Shown: piece by piece, positions 1 to 9,744 of the stretch
Layout of the letters: every line of letters starts with the position of its first letter
Numbering within the stretch: the first letter of the stretch is position 1
NCBI GenBank assembly: GCA_964395045.1
Contig: CAYNBE010000001.1
Coordinates: 1 to 52,119 of the forward strand
Reading direction: 5' to 3'
From: an uncultured Prolixibacteraceae bacterium
GTDB taxonomy: Bacteria > Bacteroidota > Bacteroidia > Bacteroidales > Prolixibacteraceae
DNA: 52,119 bases
Made by a program: the position numbers and the translations under genes
The notes under the pieces: model-generated
Seen by the model: the letters and a program-made list of their open reading frames with translations, nothing else
The model's database searches: none
Told to the model about the DNA's origin: nothing

Positions 1-911
1 AAAACCAGGTCGCGCCGTTTTTCAAACTGCCTGACCATCCTGGTTACTTCGGTACCGTCGTGGTTGAATGCGGCTACTGAAGCTATCTGGGCCACTGAGT
101 TGGGCCCTGAGGTAAACTGGCTCTGAAGTTTGTTACAGGCTTTTGCAATCCATAGGGGAGCAGCGATAAACCCGATCCTGTACCCCGTCATGGCATACGA
201 TTTTGAAACCCCGTTCACAATCACAACCCTGTCCCTGATTTCGGGGAATTGTGCAATGGATGTGAATTCTGTCCCGTATATGATGTGTTCGTAAATCTCA
301 TCGGAAATGATGATGATTCCGGGATGTTTTGCAAAAATTTCTGCAAAAGCTTTCAACTCTTCGTAGCTGTAAACACTTCCGGTAGGATTGCTGGGACTGC
401 TGAAGAGAAATGCCTTTGTGGCCGGTGTGATGGCTGCTTCAAGCTGTTCCGGAGTAATTTTGAAATCGTTTTCGACTGTTGTTTCGATGATTACGTTTTT
501 CCCTTCGGAAAAGCTGACAAGGTCGACATAAGTGACCCAGTAGGGAGCGGGAATAATCACTTCGTCCCCCTTGTCGACTACTGACTGAACCACGTTGGCA
601 ATCGAATGCTTGGCCCCGTTTGATACCACGATCTGGTTTGGCTGATATTCGAGATGGTTTTCCCGTTTCAGTTTTCCTACAATTGCATTGAGAAGTTCAG
701 GGTACCCCGGAACCGGTGAGTAATAGGAATAGTTGTCATCAATGGCTTTCTTGGCTGCTTCCTTAATGAAATCAGGGGTGTGGAAATCGGGCTCCCCGAC
801 CCCCAGTCCGATCACATCAATTCCCATAGCCTTTAATTCCCTGCTTTTCTGGGCAACCGCCAAAGTGGCCGATTCTGATAACCTGTTGATTCTTTCTGCT
901 ACCTTCATCAT
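1..911 (-). CDS. PLP-dependent class I aminotransferase (aspartate aminotransferase family), 3' end runs off the window
   Basis: Manual translation from ATG at 911: MMKVAERINRLSESATLAVAQKSRELKAMGIDVIGLGVGEPDFHTP...SNPTG...SDEIYEH...NGVSKSYAMTGYRIG, with the PLP-lysine motif SKxxxxxGxRIG. Confidence 0.93.
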   Translation of the reverse strand, partial: MMKVAERINRLSESATLAVAQKSRELKAMGIDVIGLGVGEPDFHTPDFIKEAAKKAIDDNYSYYSPVPGYPELLNAIVGKLKRENHLEYQPNQIVVSNGAKHSIANVVQSVVDKGDEVIIPAPYWVTYVDLVSFSEGKNVIIETTVENDFKITPEQLEAAITPATKAFLFSSPSNPTGSVYSYEELKAFAEIFAKHPGIIIISDEIYEHIIYGTEFTSIAQFPEIRDRVVIVNGVSKSYAMTGYRIGFIAAPLWIAKACNKLQSQFTSGPNSVAQIASVAAFNHDGTEVTRMVRQFEKRRDLV

Positions 912-1033
912 ACAAAGTCAGTTATTTTGTGAATACAGGATACAATATTAATCTTTCTTGAAAAAGAGCGTAACATTTGTGCATTCTGATAAAAAATATC
1001 GTGTAATGTTTACAAAATGTTAAAACATCATCA

Positions 1034-1417
1034 TTAGTCGAAAAGGGTTTCGTCACGAATCAGCATCAGGATGGCTGAGTGGGGAAGGATGAAATATTTT
1101 TCTTTGTTAAACTCAATTTCATATCCGCTTTTGTTGAGATACACAGCCAGGTCGCCTACCTGGGCCTGAAGGGGCACATATTTTACTGCTTCATGTTTCT
1201 CTTTCCATGGCTCATCTTCATCGGTCATAGCCGGGATGGGATAACCCGGTCCTACCTTTACCACATAACCGCTCAATACCTTCTCATTTTCCTGAACCGA
1301 TGGAGGCAGGATCAGTCCCGAGACTGTTTTTTGGGATGGATTTTTTGGTTTAACCAATACCCTGTCTCCAACCATGATGAATTTCTCAAGGTCCTTTTCT
1401 TCAATGATAAATGACAT
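1034..1417 (-). CDS. GroES/Cpn10-family co-chaperone, no adjacent groEL
   Basis: GDRVLVKP...TVSGLILP...GYVVKVGPG...VGDLAVY...ILPHSAILM; likely start MSFII at 1417, just downstream of a TAnnTTTG box. Confidence 0.85.
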   Translation of the reverse strand: MSFIIEEKDLEKFIMVGDRVLVKPKNPSQKTVSGLILPPSVQENEKVLSGYVVKVGPGYPIPAMTDEDEPWKEKHEAVKYVPLQAQVGDLAVYLNKSGYEIEFNKEKYFILPHSAILMLIRDETLFD

Positions 1418-1437
1418 ATTTTCCTGTACTAAAGATG

Positions 1438-1445
1438 CAAAGATA
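1438..1445 (-). promoter_or_regulatory. Bacteroidota housekeeping promoter -7 box for the GroES-like gene
   Basis: TATCTTTG on the minus strand, about 20 nt upstream of the start; fits TAnnTTTG. Confidence 0.6.
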
Positions 1446-1580
1446 AACAAATTGCCTGAAGGTAAAGCTTCGTCCGGATGTTGCCTGTGTTTTTCATTGC
1501 AGACAGGATTATTGTATCCGGAAACCAGGTATATCCATATTAGTGGTTTCCCACAGATGGTTCCAGGTTATGTATCCGGT

Positions 1581-2363
1581 TCAGGTAACCGGATATTCGT
1601 TTTTTACGTCAGTCAGCACCTCAAAGCCGGTTCTGGTCACAAGGATGGTGTGTTCGAACTGGGCTGAGAGTTTGCGGTCGGAAGTACGGGCAGTCCAGCC
1701 ATCGTGCTTGTCGATGATTGTCCTCGGATTCCCCTGGTTGATCATGGGTTCGATGGTGAATATCATGCCGGGAAGCATCACCGGGCCCGAATTTTTCGGG
1801 GCAGTATGATCGACCTGTGGTTCCTCGTGAAACCGGATGCCAACCCCATGTCCGCAATATTCATAGACAACACTGAATCCGTTCGACCTGACATAGCGAC
1901 TGATCACATACCCAATGTTCCCGAACCGGTTCCCGGGGCGAACCTGTTCGATTCCCAGGTCAAGACTGTGCCGGGTAACTTCAACCAAACGCTTTGCTTC
2001 CGGTGCAACTTGTCCGACGAGGTACATCCTGGAACAATCGCCGAAGAATCCATTCAGGATGGTTGTGACATCGATGTTGACAATGTCGCCTTCCTTCAGA
2101 AAAATATCTTCCGAAGGGATGCCGTGGCACACCACTTCATTTGGAGAAATACAGCTTGACCCGGGAAAACCGTTGTATCCGAGGGTGGCTGAAACGGCTC
2201 CGTTCAACCGGATGAATTCCTCTATCTTTTTGTCAAGAAAGGCTGTGGTAACTCCCGCCTGAACATATCCGGCAATGTATTCAAGGGCTTTCCCGGCCAG
2301 TTTGCAGCTTTGCCTGATTCCTTCCGTTTGTTCCGGGGTTTTTATCAGTATTTCACCCATCAT
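1581..2363 (-). CDS. map: Type I methionine aminopeptidase
   Basis: CISPNEVVCHGIP, GDIVNIDVT, GDCSRM, GHGVG..FHEEP, FTIEPMIN, SAQFEHT motifs. Confidence 0.97.
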   Translation of the reverse strand: MMGEILIKTPEQTEGIRQSCKLAGKALEYIAGYVQAGVTTAFLDKKIEEFIRLNGAVSATLGYNGFPGSSCISPNEVVCHGIPSEDIFLKEGDIVNIDVTTILNGFFGDCSRMYLVGQVAPEAKRLVEVTRHSLDLGIEQVRPGNRFGNIGYVISRYVRSNGFSVVYEYCGHGVGIRFHEEPQVDHTAPKNSGPVMLPGMIFTIEPMINQGNPRTIIDKHDGWTARTSDRKLSAQFEHTILVTRTGFEVLTDVKNEYPVT

Positions 2364-2418
2364 TCGCTAATTTCCTTGCAAAAATGGTAATTTGAACCAG
2401 TATTTCAAAACCGAACTC

Positions 2419-2426
2419 TAAATTTG
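2419..2426 (+). promoter_or_regulatory. Bacteroidota -7 promoter box for the thioesterase
   Basis: TAAATTTG 16 nt before the ATG at 2443, with a TTTG further upstream. Confidence 0.55.
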
Positions 2427-2442
2427 CAGATTTTTAAAAAGA

Positions 2443-3198
2443 ATGAACATGAAGCTTGTCCATCACCTGAGGGCCCAGTCGTACCATATCAATCGTTTTG
2501 GAGTTGTATCAACTCCCTTTCTGTTCTGGTATATGCAGGAAATTGCCTGGGAACATGCCCAAAAATTGGGATTTGGTTTTGATGATCTCCGGGAGGAAAA
2601 GCTTTTTTGGGTGCTTTCCCGGTTTCTTGTAAAAATTGAGAGACGACCCAGGTGGAAAGAAGAATTCATGCTTGAGACATGGTCGAGGGGAACCGATGGT
2701 TTTTTTGCCTATCGTGATTTCAGGTTTGTCGACCAGTCGGGAAAAGAATTCATCATGGCAACAAGCAGCTGGCTGGCTCTTAACCTTCAAACCCGACATA
2801 TTCACAGGCTAAACCGGATGAAGAACTTCCCGGCATATCAGGAAAGCCTTTTCGGTTATAATGCCGGAAAGGTGAATCCCCCTGAAGCACCTGAGGAAAT
2901 AACTTTTTTTCCGGTCCTTTTCAATGAGATCGATATTAACCAGCACTTCAATTCAGGCCGCTACCTTGAAAGGTTAAACAACAGCTATTCGTTTGATTTT
3001 CACGAGAATCACATATTAAAGGAGTTAGAAGTGAATTTCGTGCAGGAGGGATTGCCCTTCGATAACCTCGGCGTAAAACAACAACGGCTTACCTCAACGG
3101 AACACCTGTGCAGTGTGATAAGGGAAAGCGATCGGGCTGAGTTGATCAGGGCACGCCTTATCTGGGAGTCCGGGAAATGGTATCCTGAAGATATTTGA
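2443..3198 (+). CDS. Acyl-ACP thioesterase (double hotdog fold)
   Basis: MQEIAWEHA..LGFG, FWVLSR, ETW, DINQHFNSGRY (variant of DxNxHVNN). Confidence 0.88.
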   Translation: MNMKLVHHLRAQSYHINRFGVVSTPFLFWYMQEIAWEHAQKLGFGFDDLREEKLFWVLSRFLVKIERRPRWKEEFMLETWSRGTDGFFAYRDFRFVDQSGKEFIMATSSWLALNLQTRHIHRLNRMKNFPAYQESLFGYNAGKVNPPEAPEEITFFPVLFNEIDINQHFNSGRYLERLNNSYSFDFHENHILKELEVNFVQEGLPFDNLGVKQQRLTSTEHLCSVIRESDRAELIRARLIWESGKWYPEDI

Positions 3199-3424
3199 AT
3201 TCTTCTTTTCTCATAACTGTCAGCCTGTTTGGGTATGTATTCCAAAAAGAAAGGCCGGAAATGTCGGGGAATATAGATATACTCTGTCAGCGTTGCCGTT
3301 TTCAGATCAAAGCAGCATGTTTATTACATAGACGCGGGAAACAACATGGCTGACATGAACCTCGATTTGTTTCCGGAGCTATCAGAAAACCTGCAAAAAA
3401 TAACTCAGGTATGCAATGTTTATG

Positions 3425-4168
3425 TCAATGCCTTATATCTTTCTCAGCTATTTTTTTCATAACGAATGACTCCGCACCGTGGTACATGTCAAGGATAAAT
3501 GGATCATTAAACGGCATGGTCCGTTCTTCGAATGATATCTCGTTCAGCTTGTCAAACAGCCGCTCCCTGGCTGTCAGAATATCTTTCCCATAAATGTGAT
3601 ATGAATCGGCCTGCCAGTTCATGTGGCCTAACCTGACTGCATGGCCGGTTTTTTCTGCAATTCCGGTTGCAATCACTTCCCGGTTGAACTGAATGAACCC
3701 AAATATGTTCATGAAGCTGGCCCCCCAGGCATCGTTGCTCCGGAACCTTACAGTGCAGTTCAGCCACCAGACACCTTCCCCGTTTTCAAGTATTCTGTAC
3801 CACAGCGATTGCAGGCAGGGGGGATCGTAACAGTCGTTGTCAATATTGGGCATCCAGGTAATCATCTGCGCCTGCCTTGTAAAGGGTTGCACCGAAAGTT
3901 TACGGATGACCTGTTGAATCTGGTACACTCGAAAGTGACCGGCTTCAACAGATTTTCCTCCTCTAAGTTCTTTCCATGTCCCGTAGTTTTTCAGCCTTCC
4001 ATGGTATGTATATTCCCACCGGGTGTCTTTTTCGTCGTTCATATTTTTCACCCAGTGATCTTTAAATCCTTTCAGCTCCATAACATACTCTTTCAGATTG
4101 TCGATACCACCCGGAAAAGCCATGTGGACCATAGGATCGTTTTCCGGTTCCAGGATGGTCAGGGCCAC
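3425..4168 (-). CDS. Thymidylate synthase-family protein (short archaeal-like type), probably 5'-truncated
   Basis: YTYHGRL, RQAQMITW, PPCLQ (catalytic Cys), FRSND, DSYHIY; GTG start with an in-frame TAA at 4201-4199, inside a palindrome cluster. Confidence 0.8.
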   Translation of the reverse strand: MALTILEPENDPMVHMAFPGGIDNLKEYVMELKGFKDHWVKNMNDEKDTRWEYTYHGRLKNYGTWKELRGGKSVEAGHFRVYQIQQVIRKLSVQPFTRQAQMITWMPNIDNDCYDPPCLQSLWYRILENGEGVWWLNCTVRFRSNDAWGASFMNIFGFIQFNREVIATGIAEKTGHAVRLGHMNWQADSYHIYGKDILTARERLFDKLNEISFEERTMPFNDPFILDMYHGAESFVMKKIAEKDIRH

Positions 4169-4170
4169 GC

Positions 4171-4278
4171 TCGGGAGCAGGAGTTTCCTAACTCCTGTTT
4201 AAGAAGTGGACTTAGGAAAGTCCACCTCCCGAAGTGGACTTAGGAAAGCCTGCCTGACGGCAGGCAGATCCCCGTCAG
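4171..4278. repeat. REP-like palindrome cluster
   Basis: Two oppositely oriented stem-AGGA-stem-CTCCCGA units (4171-4197 minus, 4206-4232 plus), an 18-bp direct repeat GAAGTGGACTTAGGAAAG (4203, 4231) and the hairpin CTGCCTG-ACGG-CAGGCAG (4250-4267). Confidence 0.8.
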
Positions 4279-4281
4279 ACA

Positions 4282-6870
4282 TCAATTCCTGAAAATCAGT
4301 TCCTCATCCCGGAGATCAATCCAGATGGTTTTCCCCGGTTCAAGGGCTCCGGAGAGTAACTTTCGCGAAAGTTCATTCAGAACGTATTTTTGCAGGAGTC
4401 GTTTTACCGGTCTGGCCCCGAACTGGGGATCATATCCTACATCGGCCAGCCAGTCAGTTGCCTCCTCTGTCATTTTTACCTCAAATTCATGACGGTTCAC
4501 CCTTTCGACAATCTTTTCGAACTGCAGCTTTACAATTTCCCGTACATCCTTTCTGCTGAGGGGAGTGAAAATGATGGTATCGTCGATCCTGTTCAGAAAT
4601 TCAGGCCTGATAGTCCTTTTAAGGAGGTCAAGCAACTCTTCGCGGGTTTGTTCAAATATTTCCACAGCGTTTTCGGGAGTCATGCGCTCCAGGTTTTCAC
4701 GGATCAGGTGTGATCCCAGGTTTGAGGTCATAATGATGATCGTGTTTTTGAAGTTGACTACACGGCCTTTGTTGTCGGTCAGACGCCCGTCGTCAAGAAC
4801 CTGTAAAAGTACATTGAATACATCGGGATGCGCTTTTTCGATTTCATCGAACAGGACGACCGAATATGGTTTGTGCCGCACGGCTTCAGTCAGCTGTCCG
4901 CCTTCGTCATAACCGACATATCCGGGAGGGCTCCCGATCAGCCGGGTCACAGAGAATTTTTCCTGGTACTCCGACATATCGATCCGGGTGATCATATTCT
5001 CGTTATCAAAGAGATATTCAGCCAATGCTTTGGCCAGTTCGGTTTTCCCGACTCCGGTGGTGCCCAGAAAAATAAAGGATCCGATAGGCCGTTTTTCATC
5101 CTGAAGACCTGCCCGGCTTCGCCTTACGGCATCTGAAACGGCAGCAATGGCTTCATCCTGGCCGACCACGCGCTTGTGGAGTTCGGCCTCCATGTGGAGT
5201 AGTTTTTCGCGTTCACTCTGCATCATCCGCGACACGGGAATGCCCGTCCACCGCGAAACTACCTCGGCAATGTCTTCCGAATCAACCTCTTCCTTGATCA
5301 GGCTGCCTCCTTTGTGAAGTTCGGCCAGCTCAGCTTTCAGCTTTTCAATTTCAGTCTCTTTTTCCCTGATCCGGCCATACCTGATTTCAGCAACCCGGCC
5401 ATAATCGCCCTGCCGTTCGGCCTGTTCAGCTTCAAATCGCATTTCATCAATTTCTGCTTTGTTTTTCTGGATTGCGTTAAGCACCCTTTTCTCAGAGTTC
5501 CAGCGAGCACGGTATTTCGATTGTTCTTCTTTCAGGTTGGCAATTTCCTCGCCCAGCTGAGTCAGTTTTTTTACATCGTTTTCCCTTTTGATGGCTTCCC
5601 GCTCAATTTCCAGCTGCTTGATCCTGCGTTCAATCTCATCCAGTTCTTCCGGAACCGAATCCATCTCAAGTCGTAATTTGGCTGCAGCTTCATCCATCAG
5701 GTCAATGGCCTTGTCGGGCAGAAAACGATCGGAAATGTACCGCTGTGATAGCTCCACTGCTGCAATGATGGCATCGTCTTTGATTCTGACCTTATGGTGG
5801 TTTTCATATCTTTCCTTCAGACCCCGAAGGATGGAAATGGCACTCAATGTGTCAGGTTCATCGACATGAACCACCTGGAACCGACGTTCCAAAGCCTTGT
5901 CTTTCTCAAAATATTTCTGATATTCGGATAGGGTGGTGGCTCCGATGGCACGCAATTCACCCCGTGCAAGGGCAGGTTTCAGGATGTTTGCAGCATCCAT
6001 TGCCCCATCGCTTTTACCGGCTCCGACCAGAGTATGTATCTCATCAATAAAAAGAACTACCTCTTCGTTCGACTTAACTACTTCGTTGATCACTGCTTTC
6101 AGCCGTTCTTCAAATTCCCCCTTATACTTAGCCCCGGCGATAAGTGCTCCCATGTCAAGCGAGAATATCTGTTTTGTTTTCAGATTTTCAGGGACATCGC
6201 CACGTACGATCCGGTGGGCCAGCCCTTCGGCAATGGCTGTTTTCCCGGTTCCGGGTTCTCCGATCAGCACCGGATTGTTCTTGGTACGGCGGGACAAAAT
6301 CTGGAGAATCCGGCGTATCTCTTCATCACGCCCTATGACCGGGTCAAGCTTGCCCGACCGTGCCATTTCGTTGAGGTTGATCGCAAACCTGTTCAGCGAA
6401 TTGAACCTGTCTTCCGCCGTCTGGGAATCCGCCTTTGATCCCTTGCGCAGGTCGGTGATGGCCTTTTTCAGTTCTTCCTTTTCAACACCGCTCTCCTTCA
6501 TCATACTGCTGACCTGGTCACCGGCATCGAGGAGAGCGAGCAGGATATGCTCGACAGAAACAAACTGGTCACCCATTTCCTGGGCAAGTGCTGTAGCTTT
6601 CTGCAACGACCTGCTGGCCGCATTTGACAAATACTGTTCACCTCCCGAAACACGCGGGTACGATTCAATGATCCTGTCAAGGAGCTGCTGAAACAAGTTG
6701 GTGTTAACTCCCAGCTTTTTCAGTAAATAGAGCACCACACTCTCTGCTTCGTGTATGAGCCCCTTGAGCAGATGCCCTGTTTCAATGGCCTGCTGGTTGT
6801 TGCCCTGAGCTACCTGGAATGCATATTGAAGCGATTCCTGCGATTTTATCGTAAAATTCTGAAAGTTCAT
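4282..6870 (-). CDS. clpB: ATP-dependent chaperone ClpB
   Basis: 862 aa; two AAA+ modules ([16 protein letters not shown]), coiled-coil M domain, [21 protein letters not shown]. Confidence 0.98.
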   Translation of the reverse strand: MNFQNFTIKSQESLQYAFQVAQGNNQQAIETGHLLKGLIHEAESVVLYLLKKLGVNTNLFQQLLDRIIESYPRVSGGEQYLSNAASRSLQKATALAQEMGDQFVSVEHILLALLDAGDQVSSMMKESGVEKEELKKAITDLRKGSKADSQTAEDRFNSLNRFAINLNEMARSGKLDPVIGRDEEIRRILQILSRRTKNNPVLIGEPGTGKTAIAEGLAHRIVRGDVPENLKTKQIFSLDMGALIAGAKYKGEFEERLKAVINEVVKSNEEVVLFIDEIHTLVGAGKSDGAMDAANILKPALARGELRAIGATTLSEYQKYFEKDKALERRFQVVHVDEPDTLSAISILRGLKERYENHHKVRIKDDAIIAAVELSQRYISDRFLPDKAIDLMDEAAAKLRLEMDSVPEELDEIERRIKQLEIEREAIKRENDVKKLTQLGEEIANLKEEQSKYRARWNSEKRVLNAIQKNKAEIDEMRFEAEQAERQGDYGRVAEIRYGRIREKETEIEKLKAELAELHKGGSLIKEEVDSEDIAEVVSRWTGIPVSRMMQSEREKLLHMEAELHKRVVGQDEAIAAVSDAVRRSRAGLQDEKRPIGSFIFLGTTGVGKTELAKALAEYLFDNENMITRIDMSEYQEKFSVTRLIGSPPGYVGYDEGGQLTEAVRHKPYSVVLFDEIEKAHPDVFNVLLQVLDDGRLTDNKGRVVNFKNTIIIMTSNLGSHLIRENLERMTPENAVEIFEQTREELLDLLKRTIRPEFLNRIDDTIIFTPLSRKDVREIVKLQFEKIVERVNRHEFEVKMTEEATDWLADVGYDPQFGARPVKRLLQKYVLNELSRKLLSGALEPGKTIWIDLRDEELIFRN

Positions 6871-6900
6871 TTTCCTTTGAATTGATGATGAATGATTTTA

Positions 6901-7024
6901 TCAAAAATAAAACCAATCCATGGGACAGGACAAAATGTCATAAGGTATTGAAAATGAATGAGAAAAAGACAGGTTTCCCGAACAGAAACATGAAAAAATG
7001 ACACAATGCAATCGCGGAAAGACA
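6901..7024 (-). promoter_or_regulatory. Putative clpB regulatory region: sigma54-like box plus phased 13-bp motifs
   Basis: TTGG-N10-GA on the minus strand (6916-6901); related 13-mers at 6928, 6959, 6991 and a degenerate one at 7012. Confidence 0.4.
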
Positions 7025-7111
7025 AAAGAAAACATTGATGAAAGAATTCCGCAAATGATTAAACACAAAGGCACGAAATATCTACTGCGAAGTTGCTTAT
7101 GAATGCCATTG

Positions 7112-8473
7112 CTAAAGGGCGGTAAGAAAGCGCTCCAGTTCGGTAACCGGGATGTCCTTGTTTTATTACTTTTTTATCCTCATCAAGCAGGTATATCAAA
7201 GGTATGGCAAAGATGTCGTATTTTTCTTCGATCTTTTGTGTTCCATCAGGATCATAAACGTTGATCCAGCCGGCTTTCAGACCGGTGATATAATTCACCC
7301 ATTCGTCTTTGTTTTTGTCAGGATATACGGCAAAAACAGTGATCCTTTTTTTCCTGAACCTTTGATAAAGGTCTAACAGCGCAGTGGTTACAGAAACGCA
7401 GGATTCACATTCCGGATTGAAGAAATAAAGTATAGTGTACCGAGCCACAACCGAATGTAGGTTTACGGTGGTTCCTTCAGGAGTTTTCAGTACCAGATCG
7501 GTTGCCAATGTTCCAGGGGCATTCCGGTCTGCTTTCAGAACTCTGTTTCTGACTTTTTCAACAAAAGCGGCATCTTTCCAGCGTAAGGGGTCCGGTAAGA
7601 TATACCTGGTTGCTAAGAAGCTGCAAACTGCGGCACTTCCGGGGAAGGAGGCCTCCCTGAAAAGTCCATACAGATACCTTACGGCCCAGAGGTGTACCTG
7701 TTCACTGGCTTTGGCTTTTGCGAGAAATTGCGTGATCCGGAACTGCAGGGTGTCAGGGTGAGGCGGAACAATGTTTCGGAAATAGGTGTTTGTCTTTTCT
7801 TCCAGAACCGGAAACCTCAATATCCTTTCATCTGAAAAATCGATATTGTCAAAGAAGTGTTCCAAAAGTTGTCTCTGAATCTGATCACGGAAATATTGTT
7901 CCCTGTTCAGAACCATTCCAGGATTCTTTGGCTCCTGAGTCACCGGATTCCGGATTGACTTCATAAACAGTGAAAGCATGGTTCCGGGTGTCTTTTTCTC
8001 AAAATTCTGCATGATTGTTTCCATTTGTTGTTGCTTGGCATCATCTCCATTCCGGATAAATTCCATCATTCGGATGAAATCGGCAAACAGCTGATTTTCA
8101 TTGGATCCGATGAAAGAGAGAGAATGAATGGGATTGTTTGCATCGGCAAGGATTTAAAATTCATACTCTCTCCTTTACTAATAAAAAAATCGATCCTGAT
8201 AGTATAGTTTGGAACGATACAGTACATGCCTTCCTGAAGGGGAGAACTTCCCTTAAAAACGACCGGCTGTAATGCGACCGGCTTCAGTGAATCAACTGAA
8301 ATCAGGGTCTTCCCTTTGTACCGCTTCAGATAAACATTTCCGCCCGTTTTAAAATTCTTCAGTTCGAGTGCAATGGAATAACCAATCTTGTTCAACCGGG
8401 AAGAAACAAAAACCGCCCGGACTATTAAAGGATTCATCAATGCAAGAATTGCCAAAATGAACAGTTGTTTCAT
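7112..8473 (-). CDS. Exported TlpA/thioredoxin-like protein (DUF5106-type architecture) with two apparent homopolymer frameshifts
   Basis: Signal peptide; YFFNPECESC (CxxC) and YDIFAIPLIYLLD thioredoxin fold; frames join at about 8155 (..ILADANNPIHSLSFIGSNENQLF) and about 7163 (..NKDIPVTELERFLTAL*). Confidence 0.75.
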
Positions 8474-8753
8474 AAGCGGGTGATAACAAATGATTAATAA
8501 TCCGAATCCATGGTATCATGAAATGAATATACTCAAAAAGAGTATGTTTAAGTCGGTATGTTGATTCCCGATAGGGACGTGCTCCGTTGATTTCTTCCGG
8601 GCATCGGAACGGGAAGTCAAAACTTTCAATATATTTGAATCCTTAAGATACGGGATTTTCATTACTGCTTAACCAACTTAATATAACTTTGACTGTGGTA
8701 AAGATAGCAAATTGGCGGGAAAGACGATCTGGACATAACCTAAGTTGTGAGTC

Positions 8754-9734
8754 ATGACCTATTTACTAACAGGTTCGACAGGGTTTATCGGAAACAGGCT
8801 TGCAACTGAACTTGTAAAAGCAGGTCACCGGCTGCACATTCTGGTCAGATCGCCTGAAAAGGCAGCCTCCCTGATGTCGGGGGATGTGACGCTATTTCAG
8901 GGTGACATCACCGATTTCGATTCGGTTGAAAAGGCAATGAAAGGGTGCTCGGGGGTGTTTCACCTGGCTGCCCTTGCCAGGGTTTGGTCAAGGAATCCGG
9001 AATTGTCGTACCGGATCAATGTGGAGGGGACAGTCAACATTCTGGAAGCAGCTTTGAAAAACGGGGTGAGAAGGGTTGTGTTTACTTCAACCGCAGGTAC
9101 GATCAGGCCATCAGGGCCCTCTGAAGATTCAACCGAAGAGTCGGAACTGCCGTTGTCTTATCTGACTGAATACGAACGCACTAAAAATGAAGCGGAGAAA
9201 CGCTGCCTGGAATATGTCCAAAAAGGGCTTGATGTAGTTATTGTTAATCCTTCGAGGGTATACGGGCCGGGATTGATCGGGCAAAGTAACTCTGTAACAA
9301 AGATTATCAGTTTATATAACAGGGGGAAATGGCGGATTATGCCGGGTGACGGCACAAGCTATGGAAATTATGTATTTATCGACGATGTAGTATCGGGCCA
9401 CATGAGTGCAATGGAAAATGGCATTGCAGGACACCGGTATATATTGGGTGGTGAAAATGTGACGTTTGAACAGTTTTTTAGGATACTTGCTGAGGTTAGC
9501 GGAAGAAAGAACAGGCTGATCAAACTTCCGGCCCCGGTTATGACTGTTGCAGCAAAAGCGCTTTTTCTGATTGCAGGACTTTGGAGAAAAGATCCGCTGG
9601 TCACCCCGGCCTGGGTGGAGCGTTATCTCCAGCATCGACGGCTGTCGAGTGCAAAAGCGGAAATGCTGCTGGGGTATAAGGCCACCCCGTTACATGAAGG
9701 TATAAAAAAAACACTTATATGGCTGAATCATTAA
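8754..9734 (+). CDS. NAD-dependent epimerase/dehydratase (extended SDR, dihydroflavonol-reductase-like)
   Basis: TGSTGFIG, VFHLAA, YERTK (YxxxK), VNPSRVYGPG; TAACTTTG promoter box at 8684. Confidence 0.92.
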   Translation: MTYLLTGSTGFIGNRLATELVKAGHRLHILVRSPEKAASLMSGDVTLFQGDITDFDSVEKAMKGCSGVFHLAALARVWSRNPELSYRINVEGTVNILEAALKNGVRRVVFTSTAGTIRPSGPSEDSTEESELPLSYLTEYERTKNEAEKRCLEYVQKGLDVVIVNPSRVYGPGLIGQSNSVTKIISLYNRGKWRIMPGDGTSYGNYVFIDDVVSGHMSAMENGIAGHRYILGGENVTFEQFFRILAEVSGRKNRLIKLPAPVMTVAAKALFLIAGLWRKDPLVTPAWVERYLQHRRLSSAKAEMLLGYKATPLHEGIKKTLIWLNH

Positions 9735-9744
9735 AAGCTGGCTG

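Noticed and set aside
3199-3424. Possible small gene between the thioesterase and thymidylate synthase
   Set aside because: Only short broken frames with no motif I can recognise
4203-4248. Mini CRISPR array from the 18-bp direct repeat
   Set aside because: Two copies only 10 bp apart; better explained as REP-like units
5933-6691. 252-aa plus-strand ORF and similar long antisense ORFs (35370-36218, 36254-36877, 27112-27729, 51161-51739)
   Set aside because: Shadow frames opposite well-supported genes, with no recognisable motifs
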